The notes below the pieces were generated by a model. That model did no database searches, was not told where the DNA came from, and saw nothing but the letters and a program-made list of their open reading frames with translations. DNA of 64,000 nt from a virus (taxonomy: Duplodnaviria > Caudoviricetes), in IMG/VR virus record IMGVR_UViG_3300037312_000268, positions 23,418 through 87,417 of that record, one strand, 5' to 3'. The position numbers and the translations under genes are program-made. Positions 42,746 through 52,769 of the stretch are shown here, piece by piece; position 1 is the first letter of the stretch; every line of letters starts with the position of its first letter.

Positions 42746-44008
42746 TTGAAGATAGAGATTACACAAGATGGCGTAGTGAGAGAGAGTAGGACATACTCAA
42801 TCAACAACAGAACACTATCATTGAATATTGAGATTCTAGATCGTATCAAGAACAAGACTAGAAGCTGGAAGACAAACAAGAAGCTTGTAATCAATGTTGT
42901 GTTAATGAACATGATTGCATGCTCAAGTAAGAACATACGCTTATTCTATTCTAGGGATAAGAATGCTAGAACTAAGAGCATTTACAACACTAGAGGAATC
43001 AATGGGTATGATGTAATCAAAGCAATTGATATGCTAGAGGAAAAAGGATATCTAGTCAATCACATTGCACCAAGACAGTATGGAACATCGGGAGATAAAA
43101 TGTCTAGTTGGATCGAGCCTACAGATTTCTTTAAGTCTGAGTTTATGACGCAGGAAGAACTATTAATGCGTGCTGACATGGCATATTGTGCAGCATGGCT
43201 ACCAATCATCATGCGCAATGAGAAGAAAGAGCCTGTTGATTACAGAGCAGACGAAAACACGTTCGCTATTGAAGCTGTAATCAATCGCTTGAATGAAACA
43301 AACGCCAAGTTCAAGTTTACGGACGAGCATGGGGAAGAGTTTCAAAACTGGTATAGTCGTATCTTCAACAATAGCAACTTTCAAGAGGGGGGAAGATTTT
43401 ACAAAGCTAGTGTGTTGAATATTCCTAACAAAGAAAAGAATCGGCTACGAATCAAGATTGACAATGAACCTGTCGTAGAAGTGGACTACACAGCATTACA
43501 CATCTTCATGCTAGCTGAGAAGTTAAAATGTGCTGACCAGTTGGGCGATGATCCATACATGCTGGTTGAGAATATAGATAGAACAGCCGTAAAGCTAGCA
43601 GTAAACATCATGTTCAATTGCACAAGCCGACTACAAGCTGTTCAGAGTATCAATAGCAAGATGCAAGAGATTGGTTACAAGGCGCATTCAGGTAGTCAGA
43701 TTGTTACAGCCATCTTCAAAGCTTTCCCACAATTGAAGGATGAGTTTTGTAATAAGAATTGCACTGGTCTTAAGCTACAGAATCAAGATAGTTGGATGAC
43801 TCACTACGTTGCTAACGTAATGTCAACGTTAGGAAAGCCATTCTTGCCAGTGCATGACAGTGGTGTTGTGCGCGCGCAGGACGAAGCATTACTTATTCAG
43901 TTGATGTGTGAAGCTTACAATCATACACTTAAAACTGATAGCATCGTGCACATGAAACTATCAAAGATTGTTGATGGGCAAGTGGTGAAAATCGATGTCT
44001 CTTGCTAG
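42746..44008 (+). CDS. Minimal PolA/T7-RNAP-superfamily polymerase (TV-Pol-like) with N-terminal wHTH-like region
   Basis: GGRFY, EVDYTALH (A), RTAVKLAVNIMFN (B), PVHDS (C); TTG start with GGAG RBS. Confidence 0.72.
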   Translation: MKIEITQDGVVRESRTYSINNRTLSLNIEILDRIKNKTRSWKTNKKLVINVVLMNMIACSSKNIRLFYSRDKNARTKSIYNTRGINGYDVIKAIDMLEEKGYLVNHIAPRQYGTSGDKMSSWIEPTDFFKSEFMTQEELLMRADMAYCAAWLPIIMRNEKKEPVDYRADENTFAIEAVINRLNETNAKFKFTDEHGEEFQNWYSRIFNNSNFQEGGRFYKASVLNIPNKEKNRLRIKIDNEPVVEVDYTALHIFMLAEKLKCADQLGDDPYMLVENIDRTAVKLAVNIMFNCTSRLQAVQSINSKMQEIGYKAHSGSQIVTAIFKAFPQLKDEFCNKNCTGLKLQNQDSWMTHYVANVMSTLGKPFLPVHDSGVVRAQDEALLIQLMCEAYNHTLKTDSIVHMKLSKIVDGQVVKIDVSC

Positions 44009-44411
44009 GGGGCGCTATGGGCAACGAACAGATAGAAACACTAGAGGACGCCTACGACATTGTACAGAGTCTGCTAAGGGCTGGAATAGTGGTTGACAGT
44101 GATCTTTATGAGTGTATGCGGGTGCTATCTGCTGTGTTAGAGATAAACACACAACAATCACAAGAATCATAAGAAGTTCTTGACTTAGCCTGCCAAGTGT
44201 TTTACACTGGTTTCACGGTACAACAAACAGCCGATAGGCAAACAGAGAGGACATCATGAAAGCTACTATCCTAACTATCGATGACAAGCTTGTAACAGGA
44301 ATGTGCTTCAAAGCTGTAGTAGGTGAAGAAGCTACAGTGTTGGTAAATAACAATGATGTCATCAAATCTTACACAGGAACTGTAGTTGAAATTAACTAAG
44401 GAGAATCTAAG

Positions 44412-47280
44412 ATGTACGGCTACGACATGAACACTGGCAAGGGTAGGCTGCAAGCAATGGCACATGCCGCAGCAGAGGATTACGGATATACATATAATGG
44501 CCGTATTGATGAATTTCATGTTTTCGAGAAAGATACGTCACATGGGACTGTTGTGCTTAAGTGTACAGATTGGGATATCAGGGATTCTCTACTGCCAATA
44601 ATGTTACAGCAACAATTTACAAGATAACATTGGTGGAGATAATTATGACGGCGCACGCAATTGCAGAAATTAAACGTGCATTCAGTAACATGCACAAATC
44701 CCTTTTCTTCGACCTCATTCTTGTTGTCGCTATTGTTGTGTCTGCCCCTTGGTCTGCTATTCTTGGTTGAAAGGAAAGGTGATGAACACAATCGATGTAA
44801 CTCATCAAAATGCAGCTAGCCTTCTTGTCCTAGAAGCAATGTGTGAAAAAGTTGGTGATGGAGACATACTAGAAGTTTTTAAAGTTGGCACTGATGCAAA
44901 AGTAGAAGTAAAGATGTTTGTCAATGATGTTGAAGTCGATGTCGTGCAAGCACTGAATGAAGCATGGGAAAGATTGGAAGCTGTGTACGAAAAGAACCTT
45001 TTAGAGAAAGCTAAAGAGCTTGTCAGTATGACTAAGTTTGAAGACCTGAGCCATAAGCTAGAACGTGCTGCATGGGATATCGAGCAGGCGTTAGAGGCAG
45101 CTTTGAAGCAGAAATAAACACTAATAGGAGACTCCCATGTGCAACGCCTACATTGTCGGCTACAACGCCCATCGTTTCGGATATGCCAAGCTTACACAAT
45201 GTCCGTATTTGAAAGGCAGCTATAATGCTGTACAATGGGCAGAAGGCTGGAAAGCTTGTAAAGGAGGAGGATATGACGAACACTAATCAAAATAACAACG
45301 AATTGGCAGACTTACACAACAAAGTTGTAGAACTTCTTAATCACTTGGAAGATGTGCTCGACGATGAGAACTTCGACAAGATAGATTGTAGCTTGTGGAA
45401 TGCTGTTTCTATGTATATGGTGATTCGAAAAAATAATATGTACGCAATTCAATGGTATGACGATCATAACAACACGTGGTTACTGTGCAGCACGAAAGGA
45501 CAGCTTGAAATTTATCACGAGTTTCACAGAGCACATGAAAGCTGTGAAAAATGGTGTCAGAGCAGCAAAAACAATGGTTGCACAGATCAATATAGAATTG
45601 TTACTGTGATTGTAAAGGAGGAAACACAACATGGCTAAGAAAGACAGCGTCGAAATGCTTGAGGCAAAGATTGAAGTGTTGACGAGGGCTAGGAAGAATA
45701 TTGAAACAGGAAAGTACCGTGGTATTTGTGCTGCAATCTATTTCTCTTGGGATTGGTGCTGTTCGAAAGAATTTATTACTGCTTCGAATACTCTCCGTAA
45801 TTACATTAGTAATATACTTGGGTGTAATAGACTTGTGTATTATAGATACCTTGATAATTGGTTAGAGGAGAAGAGGCCTAAGCTAAACCGTAGTGACAAG
45901 AGTATGAAGCAATATAGGCTGCAATGGATTGATTGGATGCTGTCATGTCTGCAAGAGGACTTAGGAGAAAAGAAAGCTAAGAAAAAGTAAGAATCTTGTT
46001 GACGTGCTTAGAGTGCTTGTGTAGTATGAAGTATGTTGCACATCCTTCCTTACTAACCAGATCGGTATAATCATGAAACAGGCTAAAATCAAAAATCTTA
46101 ACAGGGTTAGAATTAATGGTGAGTTGTATGAGTGGAATGATTTTACACAGAGCTATTGGTCTGTTCTTGGCAAAGCCAGAGAGTTGCAAAAAGAGGATGT
46201 TGCAGACGTAGATTTAGAATCATTGGAACTTGGCAAGTTTGAGGATAAAGAATAACATGCTCAACCCCTACAAACTCATTGCAACATGCATAACAGCCCT
46301 AGCAATCATGGCTGTCTCTGTGCAAGCCACACAAGCCGAAGAGAAAGCCAATCCACTCAGTGGCCTGCACATAAAAACAACATATTGCCTCAACATTCTA
46401 GGTTATGACAGAGGATGTTACACAGAGAATGCTATGGGGAAACATGGTGTTCGTAAAGCTATTGTCAAACGAGTGCTAGAGCATATATGCTTCCATGAGG
46501 ATGATGTAGAATGTTTGTTGTTGAGGAGCCATAAAGGATTGCTCATTGTGATGTCTGATGAGGCATTGAATACGAAGACAGATGTTACTGTGTGGCAAAA
46601 GAAAGCTAATACAATGCCGATGATTGAGATTGGGGAGGAGAAATGAATAAGTGCGAAATTATTGCGAGGGCGAATGGTTTTGAAGTTGATTTGTACGGCT
46701 TTCTTGGTATAAGGTATTATTGGTTTAAAGGTATTGAAGAAAGCGTTTGATGTTGTGTTAGAAGGTGGTTATTTATATACGACAGAGCCTTATTGTGTTT
46801 GGTTGGAAGACGGAGGATTTATCTGCTCAAGATGGCCTCATAGCTTTAAGCCTACACATTTCTGTTTGTTGTCGGAAGAGAGAGGGAATGATATGAAAGT
46901 AGTAAAGAAATCGGACGTGTTGGTAGTCCTAGATGACAATAAGACAGAGCATCAATTTACATTAAATCCTTCAGGACAACACAGCATTCACAAGATAACG
47001 TATTCAGATGGATGTAGTAGCGAACATATCATGACGCCAACTGTAAAAATGCTAGTAAGGTTGTTGTTAGATGGAAAGGATGAATAACATGTTGACACAA
47101 GAGCAAGCTAAACAAATTCTCGTGCTGGCTTCTAGCTATGCGTCTATTGCTGGGATGAATGAGGCTGTAGCAGCATATGGGTGTGTGGACAATAAATCAG
47201 CAGAACGGGAGAAACAAGCTTGGGAAAAGCTTGATGGGTATGTGAGAGGGTTGGTAGAAAAAGCTGATGTTAGTGCTTAA
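44412..47280 (+). CDS. Further small early hypothetical genes, including secreted protein 46257-46646
   Basis: ORF track; AQA-type signal peptide in 46257. Confidence 0.6.
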
Positions 47281-47366
47281 ACAGCTTGACATGCTGTGTG
47301 GCGGGTGTAGAATGATGTTCATGGCAGGACAACAGCCGTAAGGCAAACCCACTAGGAGCAATCAAC

Positions 47367-47633
47367 ATGAGCATCAATGAAATCGACTGGGATGCAATCT
47401 ACAACGAAGGCTACCGTGCACAACGTGATGGCCTGTACTTTAAAGATTGCCCTTACGAGAAAGGTACTGCCGAAGCTGGTCAATGGCTCATGGGATATCA
47501 GTATGCAGAGGAAGGCTCTGTAGACGAGGATAATAGCGGAGAGTATTCTAATCGGTTCGGGGCGCTTTTTCTTTTGTGTAGAGTGCTTTTGCATGGCTGT
47601 ACATCTGTGCAGTATATTGAACGTGTATTATAG
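47367..47633 (+). CDS. RMF/CrpP-fold-like protein, copy 3
   Basis: EGYRAQRDG...DCPY......QWLMGY; own promoter at 47286. Confidence 0.7.
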   Translation: MSINEIDWDAIYNEGYRAQRDGLYFKDCPYEKGTAEAGQWLMGYQYAEEGSVDEDNSGEYSNRFGALFLLCRVLLHGCTSVQYIERVL

Positions 47634-48342
47634 GTCACGTGTATTGTTTGGCAAAACTTCGATCACAAGTGAAAATCGTACAACCCTTGTCATCAACGAG
47701 GGGTATTCCGTGACGAGCACTATTCATAACCAACGAGTTATGTATTGCCAAAGTGCTATCTACAGCAGTGTGTACGCACAGACAGGCGTGTTATGTACGT
47801 GAGAGGGCATCCCGCAGCAGCAGGACGGCGCACACAGAGGGCATGGCGCAGCGAACAGGGAATAGAGAGGCTAGAAGGGGCGCAGAGAGGGAGTGTGTTG
47901 CGAACTACATTCGATGCGAGATAAGGCCGTGGCGGGGCTGTATTCGCGTCAGAGGGGGATTCGTGAGGGTGTGATCGTGTGCAGATTGCACAGGCGTGCG
48001 ACGTGGGGATGCGGGAGAGGGTAGGCTATTGGGCCGTCAGTTATAAACGACTCTTGAACAACGGCTTTTTAGAAGGCCTGTTTTGCCATATTTCTGGTAG
48101 TAGACCCCGCCCAGCGACCCTTCGGCGGGCACTGTTAGACCACGGAGACAAGGGTGTCTCGATTTAAGATGGAAGGGTTGACCTATTAAGAAACCTGCCG
48201 AAAAATTAAAAATCGGCCAAAAGGGATATTGTTGATATATTTACAACAAGTCGATGATGGTATGTGACTAATAGGCGACTTCAAATTTTAAAATTTTAGA
48301 AAATTCTCTTGCAAAGTCGCCTACATATGAAGTACAATATGT

Positions 48343-49482
48343 CTATTGAAGCTGCTGTCCACGAGCCTTCAAAACACTCTGGAATTGCTCTGATTTACTG
48401 TAGATTTCCCACTCGTCAGGGTGAGTAGCGGATTTACTGTTATTGCAAAACTGACATAACCATTGAAGATTCCAGATGTAGTTAGTACCGCCAAGAGCCA
48501 GAGGGTAGATATGATCGAGATGCTTATTAGAGGTTGTCAAGGCGATGCCGCAACAATTACATTTATGTCCTTGCTCCTCCAACAATCTGTTTGTTTCCTC
48601 AAGAGTATGATTTCCTTCTGCTCCATTGCGCCTAGCACGACGGTTCTGATTGTTAACTCTGGCCCTATCTAGATTTAACTTTTGATATTCACACGCCCGC
48701 TTAATTGCATGTTCTCGATTCTCTTGATACCACTTTGCTGCTCTAGCTTTATCAAACTTTGCTTTAAGAACGAAGTAGTCCTCTCGTTTCTTATCACCCA
48801 CGGATTTCTTTCTGATTAAGTTTTCTGAATAGTTGTATTCGTTTCCAGATTCAAGATACTTGACAACCCATTGACTTGTTCCATCTACTCTGTCAACAAC
48901 CTTAAATTCCATTTCAAGCAAGTCTTTGTGAACTGTTTCGATGAACACCTCACCTTTTGAATCAAGAGTTCTTTGCACAGACTTGATTGCGGCTCTAGCT
49001 GCTTCTCGTTCTGCCTTTGCTGCCTCTTTCGCAAGCCTATTGGATTCCTCAATGGCAGCTTTCTCTGCTCGCCTTGTCTCAGCTATAATACGTTTTTCTT
49101 CTGCACGTAGTTCAGAATTTTTCTGCTCCTGAATGGCTATAGCAAGTTTATCAGTGATATAACCTGCAAGGATTGCACTCTTTTGAACAACAACACGATT
49201 ACCTGTGTTTACAAATTCTACAGTAACCTCTTTGGAGTTTGTGATTTTGATTACCTTAACTTGCCCGTAGTTATTCGTGTTGTATAGACCATTCAACTTC
49301 AGAGCGTACTTCGGACTTTTGTAATCTACGACACCATTGGCTATGATTGTCTTGATTGAAGGGTGCTCTACATTGCCAGTGTCCTCAAAGACGATCCAAG
49401 CATGGTCGCCGTCCATCTTTCCAACCTTATACCGTCCGAAGTTATTGCTTGTAGCCAAGTACCCTACATAAATCTCAGTCAT
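48343..49482 (-). CDS. HNH endonuclease with three N-terminal repeats and a coiled coil
   Basis: CNCC...HLDHIYPLALGGTN...NLQWLCQFCNNSK. Confidence 0.85.
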   Translation of the reverse strand: MTEIYVGYLATSNNFGRYKVGKMDGDHAWIVFEDTGNVEHPSIKTIIANGVVDYKSPKYALKLNGLYNTNNYGQVKVIKITNSKEVTVEFVNTGNRVVVQKSAILAGYITDKLAIAIQEQKNSELRAEEKRIIAETRRAEKAAIEESNRLAKEAAKAEREAARAAIKSVQRTLDSKGEVFIETVHKDLLEMEFKVVDRVDGTSQWVVKYLESGNEYNYSENLIRKKSVGDKKREDYFVLKAKFDKARAAKWYQENREHAIKRACEYQKLNLDRARVNNQNRRARRNGAEGNHTLEETNRLLEEQGHKCNCCGIALTTSNKHLDHIYPLALGGTNYIWNLQWLCQFCNNSKSATHPDEWEIYSKSEQFQSVLKARGQQLQ

Positions 49483-49697
49483 AGCGCCCTCACTTTCTCA
49501 AGGGCTTCTTCTAGAATAGCGATTGCTTTCAGCTTTGTCGCATCTACATCAACACCAGCCCCGCGCTCCACACCTTTCAAGTTTTTGACGCACCAATGGA
49601 CACTACAGCCAAGTATGTCAGAGATACTTTGGTTAGAGTGTCCTTGTAGGCGAAGTTGAGTCGCCTGTTCTACGCTAAATTTTTGTTTGTTTGCCAT
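49479..49697 (-). CDS. Small HTH protein coupled to the HNH gene
   Basis: GHSNQSISDILGCSVHWC HTH pattern; promoter TTGACA-17-TATAAT at 49726-49754. Confidence 0.65.
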   Translation of the reverse strand: MANKQKFSVEQATQLRLQGHSNQSISDILGCSVHWCVKNLKGVERGAGVDVDATKLKAIAILEEALEKVRAL

Positions 49698-49750
49698 AAG
49701 TACCTTTCATTACGTTTATGAAAGTATTATACTACGGCAACAGCATCTTG

Positions 49751-50440
49751 TCAACTTAGTTGAAGTCTGTCAATGATATTCTTAACGGTTGTAGGATACC
49801 ATTTCCCACCTCGTTGTGTTGGGGTCTTATACTTATTTAACCTTGCAGCCATTTGACTTAGGGTGAGATTGAGTGCCTTGTAGTCGGTGATAGTCTCTCT
49901 CATGAACTCCGCAAACTCGTCAGCCTCCTTTTTGTTTACCATGACGCTGCGCTCAATTGCCTTAGACCTCGCATCAGCCACCTTCTCAAGATGCATTCCC
50001 ATAGGTTCTCCTCGAACCTTTTTCGCAGCGAATGCGGCTTTTGTCCTGTCACCGATCTTCCTACGCTCCTCCTCCGCGAATGCAGCGCGTAGAGAAATTT
50101 CTAACGGAGAGCACTCCAAGCCTGTTTCAGCCGTAATGAAATTTACGTTGGTGGCTACCAACTTGTTAATGAAAAGCTGCGACCTCGAAAGCCTGTCGAT
50201 TTTTGATGTCAGCACAGAGCATCCTTTAATCTTTGCCGCATCCTCAAAAGCTTGACGCAGTATGGGGCGACGGTCTAAATCATGCTTACCGCTCACAACC
50301 TCCCTACGAATGTCGATGATTTCCAATCCGTTCCTTTGTGCGAACCGTTGCATGTCTTCAATTTGGGCCTCAATACCCAAGGAGCTCTTAAACTGCTCTG
50401 AGGTACTGCATCGTGCGTAGCAAATAACTTTGTGGCTCAT
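49751..50440 (-). CDS. Serine recombinase (resolvase domain + short DNA-binding domain)
   Basis: YARCS (Ser12), DRLSR, C-terminal ARLN...T.RGGKW.PTTV. Confidence 0.9.
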   Translation of the reverse strand: MSHKVICYARCSTSEQFKSSLGIEAQIEDMQRFAQRNGLEIIDIRREVVSGKHDLDRRPILRQAFEDAAKIKGCSVLTSKIDRLSRSQLFINKLVATNVNFITAETGLECSPLEISLRAAFAEEERRKIGDRTKAAFAAKKVRGEPMGMHLEKVADARSKAIERSVMVNKKEADEFAEFMRETITDYKALNLTLSQMAARLNKYKTPTQRGGKWYPTTVKNIIDRLQLS

Positions 50441-50518
50441 ACGTCCTCCTTGTTTTGGTCAACAACAGCATTTTATAAAGAGCGGATGAGGTTGTCAACA
50501 TGTTTTTGAACGGCACAC

Positions 50519-50555
50519 AAACAAAAAGCCCGCCAACAATTGCTGTCAGCGAGCC
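50519..50555 (-). terminator. Rho-independent terminator upstream of the recombinase promoter
   Basis: GC-rich hairpin with AATT loop then TTTTT on minus strand. Confidence 0.75.
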
Positions 50556-50955
50556 TGTGTCAATTTTCGTAAGAGGCTCTTACATCCTCAAAATACCTGC
50601 ATTCCTGCAACTCAAATTTTAAATCATCAATCTCAGCCTTCAACTTCTCAACAATCGCAAGATGATCTTCGTACTCAACAAACTTACCCTCAGAGTCATG
50701 TTCCATTCTTAACCAACCGTCAAGAATTTCATCCCCATAAGAATTTTCTGTTGGAAGGTTGTATCGTTTGATTTTGTTAGTCATATCTTCCTCCTTTGCT
50801 ATCAATCAAAGAATACCTGTCCAAGCAATAACCAACATCAAAGAACCACTCACTCCTGCTGCTACCAACATAAGCGCAGTATGTCTGACAATGAATCTTA
50901 CGCCAAATGTGTTGTAGTTGTGTAGGTCGCTCAGGATCAATCTTTTCTCTATAAG

Positions 50956-51510
50956 TCAATTTCCCCTACCCTCCATAATCTTCTTAATCTCTTCCCATGC
51001 AATAGGCGTGTAATCAATCCTCTCTACACTGGCACAGAAATATCGCTCATCATCTTCCATGTGTTGACCATACCATGAACCATCTGACACTTCCTTTTGC
51101 ACACATTCATTGTGCATATGCCCATGAATATTTCCCTTGAACCTGTAAAGCTGATTCTCGTGCACAGGAATGTGCGTAAGAATGTATTCATCATGTTGCT
51201 TACAACCAAGGATGTCCTTGAAATATGGTGTGTACTCTTCCAGACGGAACACATCGTGATTACCCTTGACAAGAATCTTCGTGCCATTCAGACGTGCAAG
51301 AGTTGGCAGAGCACGACGATTGATTACAACATCTCCAAGATGAATCACTTTGTCTTTAGGACGCACCACTTTGTTCCAGTTTGCTACAAGCGCTTCGTCC
51401 ATTTCTTCGATGTTGTCCCAAGGACGCATTTTCTCACCTGAGTGTGTCAGGAATTTCACTGCACCGTGATGCCCGAAGTGGGTGTCGCTTACGACGAATG
51501 TGTTGCTCAT
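50956..51510 (-). CDS. Calcineurin-like metallophosphoesterase
   Basis: SDTHFGH, HLGD, GNHD, THIP, GHMH. Confidence 0.92.
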   Translation of the reverse strand: MSNTFVVSDTHFGHHGAVKFLTHSGEKMRPWDNIEEMDEALVANWNKVVRPKDKVIHLGDVVINRRALPTLARLNGTKILVKGNHDVFRLEEYTPYFKDILGCKQHDEYILTHIPVHENQLYRFKGNIHGHMHNECVQKEVSDGSWYGQHMEDDERYFCASVERIDYTPIAWEEIKKIMEGRGN

Positions 51511-51728
51511 TAAATCTCCCCAAACGCTTCAATACGATCTCCAAGAATCTCGCTATATTCGTACATTACATCATATTGCCTGCACAACCGCTTTTGCTCT
51601 TTAAAACTAAGAGTCCAAAAGATAGGAGACTTCTCAATAAACTCATCAAGCTTACCAATCTTGCCATCCAACTCCACTTTCTCATCCACCACACGCTGTT
51701 GGTGCGGCATCATATCTTCGTATTTCAT
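51510..51728 (-). CDS. Helical hairpin protein, T4 DenB.1/crAss001_48-like
   Basis: HQQRVVDEK.EL..KI.KL..F...EQ..L..Q...M..Y..IL..RI..F. Confidence 0.7.
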   Translation of the reverse strand: MKYEDMMPHQQRVVDEKVELDGKIGKLDEFIEKSPIFWTLSFKEQKRLCRQYDVMYEYSEILGDRIEAFGEI

Positions 51729-51805
51729 ACACCCTCCTTAACAATACCAATAAATAACCATCTGCCCAACAATCAACCCGAGCAAGAATCCTGCTACGTA
51801 GATAT

Positions 51806-52150
51806 TCACAAATATTCCTTCCACTCTTCCGGTAAATAACAATTTTGTGGAGCCTTCCTGAACATCGGTGCGATTTGCCAATCCTTATATCCCGCCAACC
51901 CACAACCGATTCTAGTAACTTCAAACTTAAGATCAGGAGAATTCTCCGCATAGAATAAGAAATCTTCTACGTAAGTTTTGATGGTTTCTAGCGGCAATGT
52001 CCTGATTCTTTCGTCCTTTGTCGGGATAGCGTAGCTGTTTCCTTGTGGACCAGCGCCCTGTCCGTAGATAGCACCATGATGTTGTCTTGCGTACAACGCA
52101 GCACCTTTTCCATGCCTACCTGCTAGGTTGCTTCCGAATACAAAAATCAC
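51806..52150 (-). CDS. Macrodomain-like phage protein (A1S_2505-type)
   Basis: IFVFGSNLAGRHGKGAA, SYAIPTK, TRIGCGLAG. Confidence 0.7.
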   Translation of the reverse strand: MIFVFGSNLAGRHGKGAALYARQHHGAIYGQGAGPQGNSYAIPTKDERIRTLPLETIKTYVEDFLFYAENSPDLKFEVTRIGCGLAGYKDWQIAPMFRKAPQNCYLPEEWKEYL

Positions 52151-52250
52151 ACATCCCCCATATCAGGAATAATCCCAAGATCAACAAGAATCATAACAAC
52201 CAGCAGCATTGCTCCGTAGTAGACATCGACAACAAATTCTTTAAGCATGT

Positions 52251-52769
52251 TCATTTCGTAAGCTCCTTAAACCTTCTCATGAAGTAAATATAACTCATAT
52301 GGCTGTCCCATGCAATGATCTTGTTACGATAGGGTTCATAACCCTCATAACAAACTTCCTTAACACAGGGCTGCATATCCCTACGCTCAGCAAGAAAGAC
52401 ACGAATATCAGCTTCCTTGATGCTTGGATGGAAGGGGAATTTCATGCCAAATCTCTTGCACATGTCAGCTTCAGCCCGTTTCTCTAGCTCTACATAACCG
52501 GGAAGCATGCGTTTAAGAGGGCTAGGCACATCACAGAGGAAAGCCTCTGTACCATCGTGAAGAAGTCCTTCTAGTGCATGTTCTGGAGGAACGAGCTTGC
52601 TCACTAGGACACTGTGTTGTGCCACGGTGTAAACACGATTGGTTTGCCCTGAGAAGCGTGCTGTGTGTGACAGTCCACGAGCAATGTCTTCGATACTGTA
52701 GCGGCTGCGCTCAGGGGCTTCGTAGTCGAAGAAGCCTCCGTTGAGAAGGCTGATGGATGTTGAGTTCAT
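52251..52769 (-). CDS. HD-domain phosphohydrolase (YfbR/5'-deoxynucleotidase-like)
   Basis: VAQHS, LLHD, DVPSPLK, AD. Confidence 0.85.
   Translation of the reverse strand: MNSTSISLLNGGFFDYEAPERSRYSIEDIARGLSHTARFSGQTNRVYTVAQHSVLVSKLVPPEHALEGLLHDGTEAFLCDVPSPLKRMLPGYVELEKRAEADMCKRFGMKFPFHPSIKEADIRVFLAERRDMQPCVKEVCYEGYEPYRNKIIAWDSHMSYIYFMRRFKELTK

Larger units (their letters stand above)
35896..47313 (+). promoter_or_regulatory. Array of early sigma70-type promoters (35896, 36175, 39173, 40490, 40967, 44180, 45999, 47286)
   Basis: TTGAC(A/T/G) or TTGCAA, 16-18 nt spacer, near-consensus -10; often GTGC upstream and TGCT downstream of the -35. Confidence 0.8.

Noticed and set aside
32317-47789. 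10 bp inverted match AGACAGGCGT between the two non-coding flanks of the early region as invertase sites
   Set aside because: About one such match is expected by chance between two 700 bp regions; no longer homology was seen.
49751-50440. Integrase indicating a temperate lifestyle
   Set aside because: At 229 aa it lacks the zinc-ribbon/coiled-coil of large serine integrases; no repressor or att context.
5299-52769. MazG-like plus HD hydrolase as a Z-genome (MazZ/DatZ) or other modified-base pathway
   Set aside because: No PurZ or other base-modification synthase in the window; both families are common in ordinary phages.
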